Shown here one piece after another: positions 12,713-24,701 of a stretch of 64,000 nucleotides of DNA; position 1 is the first letter of the stretch, and each line of letters starts with the position of its first letter. The position numbers and the translations under genes are program-made. Source of the stretch: Haliotis cracherodii (taxonomy: Eukaryota); assembly GCF_022045235.1 (NCBI RefSeq), contig NW_027266286.1, forward strand, positions 14,446,001 through 14,510,000. The letters are read 5' to 3'. The notes below the pieces were generated by a model. It saw nothing but the letters and a program-made list of their open reading frames with translations. It was not told where the DNA came from and did no database searches.

Positions 12713-13421
12713 ACAGAAAAGTTACAAGAAGCAAAACAAATACAATTCAGTCATGTATTCATTCAAACATGATTTATCCAAGTTACATATATACACACTG
12801 TACAATTATGAATACTTATTTGGTTTGGAAAAGTCTTTGACTGGCGTTTGTCTTGAGCCAGCTGATTTAGTTGCCACAAAGAAAGATTAATAGAGGATTC
12901 ACTGTGAAAACAACTAAAATCAATACACTTAAGACAGGGTCTGGTTTCCAAAATATGAACGATAATGATACATATTGGTGTACATTACCCTCTCCCAAAC
13001 CAGCCCCCACCCCACCCTTTGGCGCTCGTGCAAACACATCAAACATTGCCACAAGAGACATGGGCTGGAGCTCAAGCGTGACCCACTCACGAATGAATGT
13101 ATATAGACTGTGGTTACAGCTACCTAAACTACCGGGCAAAAGAAAGTTTTCACTTTAAAAATAGTTATATAAAAAGAAAAAAAGCTGGTACAGGTTTGAA
13201 CCCCCGCAGAAAACATTCACCCAATGCAACATGACCACAACCATATGTAATTGTTGTCATTTTTTTTATTATATTGGTATGTAAGTAGAAGTTGCTGTTT
13301 ACGTAGATGCAGGAATTTGTGTTTTGTATCTATTATGTATGTGTAGGTGTGCAGGTGATGTATTCAACTGTATTTCATCATACTGATGTATATGAGAGTA
13401 AAATTATGAAGCCGGTTGTCC

Positions 13422-13452
<31 letters not shown>

Positions 13453-14319
13453 TGCGTGCATGCGTACGTGCGTGTGTGAGAATGTGAGAATGTGCGTGTA
13501 CGTATGACTGTGCGGGCACGTTGAACTTGTTGAGTAACACTGTCCACAACTTGCTTGATATCATTATCAGTAAACATTTACGAAATATGACCACGGAACC
13601 TACACGTCGTGATGGATCCTGACTTAATTTGTAACAAATGTAACTGTACACACACAGGTTTTAACAAATTTGCACCTAATATTTCTGATCACAGAGTGTT
13701 CGGCACAATGAATGTTTTTCAAAACACGAATAATTCATATAAAAGACAGGTTTGACTTTGCAAACATGGTGATTTTAATAAAAGTAACGTTCTGGTAATA
13801 CGCAAATTAAGTGGAATAGACAATTTGCTATATGTAAAGATGTTCACTACATGTGTGGTGTGTTCATTCGAATATTAAATGCATCATGACATACCACATA
13901 AAACTATAACCGTTCGACCGTTCTGACAATGCGTGGATTAATAATGAACTCCGACATAAATATAGATCACGAGACATACACGGCAGTATTGGTGACATAA
14001 CAAATAATTAAAAAAACATAGCAATAATTTTGATAATATGAAAAAGGTTATATTGAAATATAAATAGATAACTAGATCCGCAATTGACTAATAAAAATAA
14101 TACTTATTACTGGAAACTATTGAGATACATTATAATAGATGGAGAAATGACAACATATATTCACCCGGGTTATATCGATGATAGGACCTTTAAGCCTTTA
14201 CTCATACTGACAAGGCTAAAGTTCTTAACGATTATTTTGTTCTATAAATACTGTTTCAACTAAAGAGCATCCTTTACCTTCCTTTGAACGGCGTTGTGAA
14301 TCTTTCCTTGCTGATATCA

Positions 14320-15050
14320 CCGTACAAGACCAAGATATTACCATCTAGTAGTAGTCCTGATAACATTTACCAAACATTGTTAAAGCCAACAGCAGATGAC
14401 AACAGCATTATGTATGATCTTCAAGAAATCTCTACACTGTTCAACATTTCCATTTGACTGGAAATTAGCTCATGTTATGTCGTTGTATAAGAAAGAAGAC
14501 AAATCGTTTCCTTCGAGTTATAGACCAGTAAGCTTATTATCCATAATTTGTTTTTAAATTTTTTACAGAACTATTTTCAAAGAAATCCGCTTTTATATAA
14601 AGATCAAATCTGGATTTGTTACAGGCCACGATACTGTCTCATAAGTACTTGAAATACATAATAACATTGTTTTATCTGTTGACAATCACAAATTGTATCG
14701 TATGATATTCTTTTATATCGCAAAAGCGTTTTATTGGGTTTGACATACAGGCTCACTATATAAAATTGAAAAATTGGGTATTAATTGAAAACTCTTATCA
14801 TGGTTACATTATTACATTTCATGACAAAAAAGTGTTTGTAAAAATTGTAACCTATGCTCATTGAAATAACGTCAGATGGGGTACCCCAAGGTTCAGTTAT
14901 TGGGTTCAAATACATGATTTGGCTTAACAATTCAACTCGTTTATTTGCTGATGAGACGTCTGTTGGTGCATAGTCAGTTTGAATATATCTGAACATAACT
15001 GTCATGATTTTTTATGAATCTCTGTAAGGATTACCCATGGCGACACACAT
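14320..15050 (+). pseudogene. Degraded CR1/L2-group LINE RT remnant (paralog of 5040-6350)
   Basis: WKLAHVMSLYKKEDKSFPSSYRPVSLLS, IAKAF, GVPQGSVIG, LFADETS. Confidence 0.82.
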
Positions 15051-16496
15051 TCACAGTATATGTGGGGCAGAGTCTATTCAAACACTGAGGAAATCGTTGA
15101 AGCGTTTTAACTGTGACACATGAACGATCAACCCCATTAATGTAATTGCCAATGTCAATGAGTCGCCATTGTCATGCTTGTGTCACTGTTCATGGTGGTC
15201 ATACCCGATACTGACTTGTGAACTGACAGCTGACCCCACACGACTTTCAGCCTGACATAGCGTTTACAGAGGACATAATGTTGACACTGTAGTGATAAAT
15301 TCATATTTCATGGACATCAATGTATTTTTCTGTAGCAAACTCGTTCTTGTTTTCATTTATTTATTATTTCCCATGATCGTCAGTGATGCACGGGAAACGT
15401 ATATAACGCAGGGCACTAATTCAAAACGAAAATCATATATATCATATATCATATATCATACCACAATCTATGCACGTTTCTTATTCTTTGTGTAAAGCAT
15501 AATAGCTACATTACAAAATACATAACATGTATCACAACACAAACTTAAACATGGTTATTCCATTGAAGTATGCTAACATTTAACCGAGAAACTCCAGTGC
15601 TCTTTCAGATAAAAAGGGATCTCTTTACCTTGATAATTTTTCTCTTGATGAAATTGATAATGAATTGTTCTGTTACTGATCTACTCTTCTGAGCTGGGTA
15701 AAATGTATTAAAGGTTTACACTCAAATGTTTTACATATTCAATGACAAGGAGAGGAGAGATCATGTCAAGATGTTAATGTATTGATTAAACTGGTGACCT
15801 GGCGGAAACATTTCCATAGTGGTATTTTTCCTTACCAGGCCCGCAGCACTATAGTGAGTGTGTTGCAGATTTCCAGTTATATTACGGCGTAATATACGGA
15901 GAATCTACTTTGGAATTGATGCTTGGGAATTTCTGAAAATCTGGTCATAGCGTTCATGATAATGGTGCTTATACATATGATAATATACGATGTACTATGG
16001 TCATATATTTCGAAGGGGTAGCTGCATATGAAATAAACCTATTCATGATTGTCGCTGTATTGTAATATCTCGAAAAAGACAGGAGATGGGCACAAAACCG
16101 TAGAGAATAATTTCCCTATATTGTTGAAAATCTCGGGACATGTTATCTTTACCAAATTCCATCTAGCGCTGTCATGTCAACGGACAAATACCTTTACGTT
16201 GCAAACACAGTATGTGAAACCTTGACGTCACAAAGTCGAAATATCTGGAGCTCGAAGCAAGCAAAACTAAGACCATAGTGCCGATAAGGATTGTGCAGGA
16301 TGTATGTTGTCTAATTAAATTAAGTTGTGTCAAGACTCGACAATTGAGTAGAGAATCAAGACATAATAGAGATTCGTAATGCTTGTACACAGTTTGTAGA
16401 AAAAAGGATACAGCGCTTAACAGGATCATTCATTCGAATTCAAACCAAGATTGTGCTCTTAATGTATCAATCTTTTCGTATAATGTCAAAAGAATA

Positions 16497-16640
16497 ACTC
16501 ACCTACACCATGTTAATGGTGGCCACTGACAGCATTTTTTTCAGTTGGGCAAACTTCATGGATGCATCTGAGGAATATGTATACTGCTTTCTATTAGTCT
16601 GAATATATATAAATATATGTATACAATTTGTCACGTGACA
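16497..16640 (-). promoter_or_regulatory. Candidate PKS core promoter and non-coding first exon (copy 2)
   Basis: TGTCACGTGACA 16629-16640, TATA run ~16604-16618, 18-aa uORF 16559-16503, donor AG|GTGAGT at 16502. Confidence 0.45.
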
Positions 16641-17979
16641 CGTTGTACACGCAATATGCAAACGTCTAGTGTCACGTGTTCTGGATTCACGCCCAAATTG
16701 ATAACATCCTAAAATATTTAGTGGGCGAGAAGGAAACTGACTGGTTGGCTTGGTAAGCAAAACTTAAAACTAACATTCTTGTACGGTTAAAGGTAAGAGA
16801 AATTTATGCTTTATCTGAAAGAATGCGCCCTTCGTGAAATGTAAACGCATCACGCTGGAACTGCGGAAACATTGCTCGATATTAAGGGAACGTTTTCTGT
16901 TAAGAAGATGAAGTCATCCCTCTTGTTATACAACCGTGTGGATATTTTTTCATACTAAATCTTTATGCATAGACCGAAACATGAAAAAGTTGAGGCGGTC
17001 TCACTGGTCTCTTTTATTTATAGCTCAAGTGTGTAAATCAGTGGAAGGGAATTGGATATTTGACCGTTATTGGTCGATACCTGAAGCTTAAGTTAAACTT
17101 CTAAGTTGAAAAGTTAGAGTGCTTGATCGAATATTTCCTCGCTGCGACCCATCCCAAAGACGCAGAACCAAACTATCGACTCAATCCGTGCATAGACTGA
17201 CAGTCAACATCATTCTACAGCAATCTATTTATTACTTCACTATCAATTTAAAACATCTTTGATTAATTGGCCTATTGATCAATGATTACAAACACCTATT
17301 CGCCACATGTTCATTAACAACTTCAGATACCTCACCCGTCACGTTGGTTAGTTTAACCTCCCGTGCTATGCATTACTTTATACTGTATTAAGACACACTG
17401 TCACTGTAACTGGCCTATATTTAAGGAGGTACTTTTTAATATAATGATGATATTTGTTATAACCAAGCTTCTTATTCCTGATTTTGAAGGTACTACATGC
17501 AAAGTACAATTTGTTCTGTCTTCTAGGTTACACGTGTGCTCTTAATGACATCGATAGGTAGGGATGCTACCAAAAAAATGGCGCCGTGTTGATGCTCTGG
17601 ATCAAAGTTATCTTGTTAACTTGTCTTAAAATTGTATATGTTATCATCTTGCACATGGGCCTCACGTACAATAGCGATTGATTGACTCAATGACAAACAG
17701 ATTTGCCATATAATCAACATCATAAATAATGCACTCCCTCAGGCGTATGCACCAGGGGAGTAAAATTATTGTAGATTTTGACATCGCGCTCGTGGCAAGT
17801 CCAGAGAATCATCCGTGGTGTTAAATATAACGTCGATGGGTCAATGCATGACTGCCTCGTGCACATGCGTTCCGATATGATGAACACAGTAAATAATGCC
17901 CACCGTTAATTATTTGGTATCTCCGCATAAGGCCACGCCTGTAACGTGTATTTGTAAGATATGTTGTGTGTTTCTTTAT

Positions 17980-18314
17980 NNNNNNNNNNNNNNNNNNNNN
18001 NNNNNNNNNNNNNNNNNNNNNNNNNNNNNNNNNNNNNNNNNNNNNNNNNNNNNNNNNNNNNNNNNNNNNNNNNNNNNNNNNNNNNNNNNNNNNNNNNNNN
18101 NNNNNNNNNNNNNNNNNNNNNNNNNNNNNNNNNNNNNNNNNNNNNNNNNNNNNNNNNNNNNNNNNNNNNNNNNNNNNNNNNNNNNNNNNNNNNNNNNNNN
18201 NNNNNNNNNNNNNNNNNNNNNNNNNNNNNNNNNNNNNNNNNNNNNNNNNNNNNNNNNNNNNNNNNNNNNNNNNNNNNNNNNNNNNNNNNNNNNNNNNNNN
18301 NNNNNNNNNNNNNN
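17980..18314. other. Assembly gap (335 N)
   Basis: Run of N. Confidence 1.
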
Positions 18315-18359
18315 TATTTAATATCTCAGATTACGTTGGTCGATCATACTCAGTTACAT

Positions 18360-18610
18360 CAATTTGGAAGAGGAAAGAATATTGCCGACATTCCTGTTTT
18401 ATACCCCTCTAATACGAGCACAGTAGCCAAGCATCTTGTGTACGGGTTTTTTGGCAGATTAAAACGTCAAAGGCCACCCGCTATTTTAACCGAACTTGTC
18501 CAGGCACTGTAAGGCTCCCTCAAAATGATCATTGTGAGCTTGATTGAGGCCATGCCAAGCCGCATAGCGAGTGTTTGACCAACCGTAGGGGTATGACTCG
18601 TTATAGATAA
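18360..18610 (+). pseudogene. Degraded Tc1 transposase C-terminal remnant (also at ~24750-24995)
   Basis: KHL..GRLKRQRPPAILTELVQAL...SLIEAMPSRIASV...GMTRY resembles a Tc1 C-terminus. Confidence 0.6.
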
Positions 18611-18786
18611 AATAATTTCAAACACATCCCTCTCGTCTTTCTTGGTTGTGAGAATACACCGCGAACCTGTTCTTTTGATTGTTATGTTACACCTAGACCT
18701 TGTTTTTTTTTCTTATCCATCTATAAGCACGCATCTTTGTATTTCTGTAATCATCTGTTATTTTTTATATCTACTTTTTTTGAAAG

Positions 18787-18886
18787 TATATATAAGTTAT
18801 CGCGAAAGCGAGACTTCATTCAACATGGCGTCGCTAAGCGAGTGATCACGTTCCGTGTCGCCAGAGAAACGTGTTCACTGGTAAGT
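18787..18886 (+). promoter_or_regulatory. Candidate TATA/Inr promoter with ~63-nt first exon (duplicated at 25173-25272)
   Basis: TATATATAA 18787-18795, Inr-like TTCATTC ~30 bp downstream, AACATGGCG (YY1/Kozak-like), consensus donor CTG|GTAAGT at 18881. Confidence 0.45.
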
Positions 18887-20074
18887 AATGTTCTGTTTAG
18901 TTGTATATGTGAATTGAGTGGTGTAGGTTCCTTGGGAAAGGGATGTTACACGTTAGTCTGATTGCGAGTGCTCCTGTTTAGACCCCGGGACCAGTCTCTA
19001 CTATCCTGCTTTAGACCCAGTGACTGAACCAGCCTCACTACTCGCTCTCGCATTCCCCACACTCGCATTGTTTATTCATGACACTCTCAAGGGCCACAGG
19101 TACATAGTTCAACATATTAACAAGGCATGCGTGTTTCTTTGAACTAACAATCCATGATTAGGTACAATGCAATATTTTGTAATAATGTAACATTTGATGT
19201 TGACAAGACAATGCAGAACAAACTGATGTTTGGATACCGTGTAAACTTCTTTGCACTATATTTGTTTCTTAACTGAATGTTACCACATATACATAAACTT
19301 ATAGTCATTTTCTACAGCATTAAGGTAACAAGATGTACAGGTATTGTTAGACGTTTGTAATGTGCCTTTTGACCAGAATAACCTCCTCTGAATTGAACGA
19401 CACTTATATCATTATATTCTCCATATGTCAATCACTGGATTGTCTGGCCAATACTCGATAATTTACAGACCGCCGTCATATATCAATGTGTTGTTTTAAG
19501 AAGGTTCAAACAGTAATTTTAGAGAAAAATCCTCATCCTCATGATGTGTTAATGGATACTAATGCAGATGGTAAGATGTTAGTAAACGCAGTTGATCATT
19601 CAACGAATGTCAATGGGTTGGTTATGCATGATTTGGTAAAACGGTTTCCAAAGGTCAGTACACAAACTCGACTTTAACCAACTGATATGTGATGAAGCAA
19701 CAAGGACAAATCGACGCCAGGTACATTAAGGTACGTCAATCTGATTGGTTCACTCTAAAAATAGCTCGTACAGTACATTCAAACCGATCGAGAGCGTGAA
19801 ATCGGGTCATACAGCCAATCGTCTGTCAGCTGTGTAAACAAAATGCTGTGATGAACTTGGTCACATAGCAGCCTTGTCCACTGAAGGGAAACAGTTTTGT
19901 GAACAAACCTTTGAGGAAGGCAGTCCTCTGTATCCACGAGATAACATACACATATACAAGCGTGTTTTGTCATTGAATGTAACCAAGCTCGTTCTCTATA
20001 GTTATGATTGGCTATGTAGTGGATAAATATATAAGCTCTATTTACATCGTTAAGGCTTCATTTCACGTGTAACC

Positions 20075-20480
20075 ATGCCGACTGATGGTTGGAAAGTTTA
20101 TTCATCTGGTATTTATTTTAATCCAAAACATCCAGCTTCCTTTTCTGGCCCTGCTAAGTTGTATCACATTGTCAAAAAGGAGGGGAAATTTGATATGAGT
20201 TTACATCACATAAAGAAGTGGTTGGCATCCCAAGATGCCTATTTGCTTCAGCGATCTTTAAGATACATTTTCAAGCGGAACAGAGTGGTGGCTTCAGGCC
20301 TCAATGCTCGATGGGATATTGACCTGGCTGATGTTACTAATACAGCTTCGGACAATGACGGTGTGAAATACTTATTCATAGCTATAAATGTATTTACACG
20401 GTTTCTGTGGGTCGAGCCCCTTAAAAATAAAATGCCAGACGCTGTCATTAAGGCCATGAAGAATATATTTTCCCGGGCTA
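20075..20480 (+). pseudogene. Polinton/Maverick-type integrase N-terminal fragment
   Basis: YFNPKHPASFSGPAKLY...KWLASQDAYLLQR...FKRNRVVASGLNARWDIDLADV...KYLFIAINVFTRFLWVEPLKNK is a typical Polinton c-integrase pattern; truncated. Confidence 0.85.
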
Positions 20481-21692
20481 CAAGCTATCAGATATGTCGG
20501 CTACTTTGGGTATGGACCCCTTTTCAAGACTATTCTGGAGAAAGTGAGGGCACTGGACCCTGATACAGATCCCAAAGAACTTTCCACTAAAATCATCCAT
20601 TGGATGAAACCTATTGAGAAATTTTTTTTATCTCATGTAGAACTTTCTGTGGCTGAAGATCTAGAGCGTGAAAAGTCAGATGTTGATGATGATGATACAG
20701 ACACTGAATAATCGCTCCTTGTACATTATTGTGAGATACTGATTGTACTAATGTTTGATTTGTGTGTTTTAATGAATAAATCTTGTGTTTACATGATTTG
20801 ACATCAATCAAACAATCCTTGTGGTTATGTAAAACCTTTTTGAACTGATACTGGTGAATCAAAGATGACATTACTTCACCCTGAAAAGAAGCCTAATTGC
20901 TCATGCTGCTTTATGCAACAAATTACTCACTAAGCTAAGCTCAGTCACAAAGGATAACATTCAAAACAAGTCATGTTCAATACATTTATTCGAAGGATAT
21001 ACAATTCAAATAGGTCATATTCAAGTACAAGACATGTATACATATTTACAACATTCTTCAGTTGAAACAGTTTTATTGCAACTGAAGAATGTTGTAAATA
21101 TGTATACATGTCTTGTACTTGAATATAACCTATTTGAATTGTATATTGTATAATTTATATTGCAATGATACAAATTTTCTCAAAAACTATAAAAGTTAGA
21201 GAAATGAAATTTTAGACACTGATTTTACTGGTCATGATGTTAAATGAGTTCGAACATTAGTGAACATCAGATATACTTGAGAATTAGTGCTGTAAATTAT
21301 TCTTTTACAGAGTTATGGCCCTTGATCTATGTTATTTTACATAGCGCATAGTGTGTGCAATGGGGACAGTTTTCTAAAAAAATACTGAAGTTAATGAATG
21401 CAAGTTTGCATACTTATACATACTTGCATACTACAGTTGTCAAGACTGAGTTTCTTCCCTTGCTATATGATGTTATATTTTGGGCATACACAGTTTTGCC
21501 CTTGATCCATTTCATTTTACACAGTGCATAGTGTCTGCAATGGGAACAAGTACAGAAGTTATCTAACAGATACTCAAGACTAGTTCGAGAGGTGGTGCAA
21601 TACATTATTTTTTTTCCAGAGTAGGGGCCTTTTTAGAGTATAATCATTTTTTTTCAGATGACATAAACGATCCTTGTCTTAAGGCATTATAG

Positions 21693-21911
21693 AGCCGTGA
21701 ATATCCGGGTAGAAAATAGGTCTTCAGCAACCCATGCTGGCCGTAACACACGACAATGCTTTTCGTAAGAGGAGTCTAATGGGATCGGGTTGTTAGGCTC
21801 GTTGACTTGGTTGATGCATGTCATCGTGTTCCAATTGCGTAGAAGTATTTACAGACCGCCGTCACATAGCTGGAATATTCCTGAGTGATGCGCTAAACAG
21901 CAAACAAACAG
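21693..21911 (+). mobile_element. SINE family B (headless, Meta/Deu-like core); duplicated at ~28149-28344
   Basis: CCGTGAATATCCGGGTAGAA...CAGCAACCCATGC...GGGATCGGGT...ACAGACCGCCGTCACATAGCTGGAATATT...AAACAAAC. Confidence 0.8.
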
Positions 21912-22680
21912 TCTTAAGGCTTTACAAGACTCTTTTTTATAGTTTATATTCACTACTATATGAACAAACAAAATTCTAATAATCCCCATGCCGGGGGGAT
22001 AGTGATAACGCTGTTTCTTGTTGATCTTTAGATTTGAACCTATATTATCAGAAAGAACAACCATAATTAATGTCAAGTATAAGATAGATGATTGTTTGAC
22101 AGTAGATTATAAAAAAAAAACCCACCCAGTTAGAACATCTCATGTTTCATGGATATTGCAAAGAAGATCTTCTAGAATCACATAAAGAGATGTAGAGGTG
22201 CTGGCCAGACTGTTTTCAGTGTTGATATGCCCACAGAGCGGAAAGAGATGCCTTTGTTTAAGAATTACCAAAATCAAAGACCAGTACCAAACATTAACTT
22301 TACTATATGGAGGCAATTTTAACAAATGTGAAAACACTGAGAATCATAATGTAGATGAACGCTGTACATGTAACACCAGAACACGTGGCGTAGGTGGTAT
22401 GGATATGTAGTTGTGAGATATGGTGATACAACTGATGATCCTGTAATTTCCTGAGGATTCCGTAGCTGCAGCCCATTCCTTATGCAATTGGAAGAGAGAA
22501 ACATAAAGGAAACTTTATGAATACATGGATAGTTGGTTTAGGTTTCTGTAAACTATATTTATTTCACGACCCCCGACATGTTATATCTATTATTAAGAAT
22601 GACACTAAAGAAATGGCATAGATTACTTCAGTCTTATTAGAGCCCTTGGATGGAACTTGACATCAGATTGAATAAGAAAG

Positions 22681-22917
22681 AGTGAGTGAGTTTGGTTTAA
22701 CACCGCTTGTAACAGTATACTGAAGTGGATGCAGGTCTCAGACGTTTACCATTTCGATGAAACCCACGAGCATGGGTATGGTGCTGACAAACCTAGAAAC
22801 AGTATCGGGGCGAACCGGGATTCGAAACCCACAATCATAGCTTTCTGGCGTGCCCAAGGGACGCAACTCTGCACAGCAAATCGCGGCACCTTAGACAACG
22901 GGGCCACCCGTGCCCCG
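22681..22917 (-). mobile_element. SINE family L (internally deleted); duplicated at 29111-29346
   Basis: Reverse complement of 160-439 with a deletion before the tail. Confidence 0.88.
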
Positions 22918-23307
22918 AATAGGAAAGAAGGCTACGAGACATTTTGAGAAGAATCTTTATAGCTTAATGAATAACTTCGTAACTCGCAAAACAATTGGGA
23001 ATCTCAGGAAAGTGTGTTGATGTTAAATTAGTTAGACCTCTCCATGAAGAGAAGCTAAGGAAACTAACGGCCAGTCCAGCCTATTCAGAAGTAAGATATT
23101 CGATAACGTCTTAGCAGCAATACATGTTTAAAAAAGAGAGAGCAAAATAGCATCTAACAAAACGGTATAGTTGGAATGAGCATCCATTTAATGACTTTTA
23201 TTAAAATGGTACTGACAGATTCTTTGTTAATGGAAATACAAACCGATGATGCCATAAAGACCTAGAAAAAACAGACGTATGCGATGTGAGTGATTACCTC
23301 AAAGATA

Positions 23308-23512
23308 CACCCGTGAAGATCCGGGGTAGAATAGGTATTCAGCAACCCATGCTTGTCCTAAAAGGCAACTATGCTTGTCGTAAAAGGCGACTAACGGGAT
23401 CGGGTGGTCAGGCTCGCTGACTTGGTTGATGCATGTCATCGATCCCAATTGCGTGGATCGATGCTCATGATATCAATCACTGGATTGTCTGGCCCAGACT
23501 CGATTATTTACA
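23308..23512 (+). mobile_element. SINE family B, 5' half of a split copy
   Basis: Preceded by ACCTCAAAGATA (23296-23307); breaks off at GATTATTTACA; the 3' half with the same TSD is at 39243-39315. Confidence 0.88.
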
Positions 23513-24346
23513 TGGCCTTCATCAACCGCCTCATCCATTCCATGTATCGACGTTGCACGGCAGTAATCAATGCACATGGCGAACACACCTGATACACACC
23601 TGATATCAATTTAAAACATCTTTGATTAATTGGCCTATTGATCAATGATTACAAACACCTATTCATGTTCATTAACAACTTCAGATACCTCACCCGTCAC
23701 GTTGGTTAGTTTAACCTCCCGTGCTATGCATTACTTTATACTGTATTAAGACACACTGTCACTGTAACTGACCTATATTTAAGGAGGTACTTTTTAATAT
23801 AATGATGATATTCGTTATAACCAAGCTTCTTATTCCTGATTTTGAAGGTACTACATGCAAAGTACAATTTGTTCTATCTTCTAGGTTACACGTGTGCTCT
23901 TAATGACATCGATAGGTAGGGATGCTACCTAAAAAAATGGCGCCGTGTTGATGCTCTGGATCAAAGTTATCTTGTTAACTTGTCTTAAAATTGTATATGT
24001 TATCATCTTGCACATGGACCTCACGTACAATAGCGATTGATTGACTCAATGACAAACAGATTTGCCATATAATCAACATCATAAATAATGCACTCCCTCA
24101 GGCGTGTGTACCAGGGGAGTGCTACTTATTGTAGATTTTGACATCGCGCTCGTGGCAAGTCCAGAGAATCATCCGTGGTGTTAAATATAACGTCGATGGG
24201 TCAATGCATGACTGCCTCGTGCACATGCGTTCCGATATAATGAACACAGTAAATAATGCCCACCGGTAATTATTTGGTATCTCCGCATAAGGCCACGCCT
24301 GTAATGTGTATTTGTAAGATATGTTGTGTGTTTCTTTATGCGTAAA

Positions 24347-24701
24347 NNNNNNNNNNNNNNNNNNNNNNNNNNNNNNNNNNNNNNNNNNNNNNNNNNNNNN
24401 NNNNNNNNNNNNNNNNNNNNNNNNNNNNNNNNNNNNNNNNNNNNNNNNNNNNNNNNNNNNNNNNNNNNNNNNNNNNNNNNNNNNNNNNNNNNNNNNNNNN
24501 NNNNNNNNNNNNNNNNNNNNNNNNNNNNNNNNNNNNNNNNNNNNNNNNNNNNNNNNNNNNNNNNNNNNNNNNNNNNNNNNNNNNNNNNNNNNNNNNNNNN
24601 NNNNNNNNNNNNNNNNNNNNNNNNNNNNNNNNNNNNNNNNNNNNNNNNNNNNNNNNNNNNNNNNNNNNNNNNNNNNNNNNNNNNNNNNNNNNNNNNNNNN
24701 N
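24347..24701. other. Assembly gap (355 N)
   Basis: Run of N at the position homologous to the first gap. Confidence 1.

Larger units (their letters stand above)
13420..17115. repeat. Segmental duplication A, copy 2
   Basis: Colinear with 2860-9685; lacks copy 1's SINE, MITE and minisatellite expansions. Confidence 0.9.
17241..23601. repeat. Recent tandem segmental duplication B, copy 1 (~6.4 kb)
   Basis: Near-identical to 23602-31349; junction GAACACACCTGATACACACCTGATATCAAT at ~23581-23610. Confidence 0.93.

Noticed and set aside
17896-18512. Long ORFs spanning N runs (also 24321-24899)
   Set aside because: Artefacts of translating gaps
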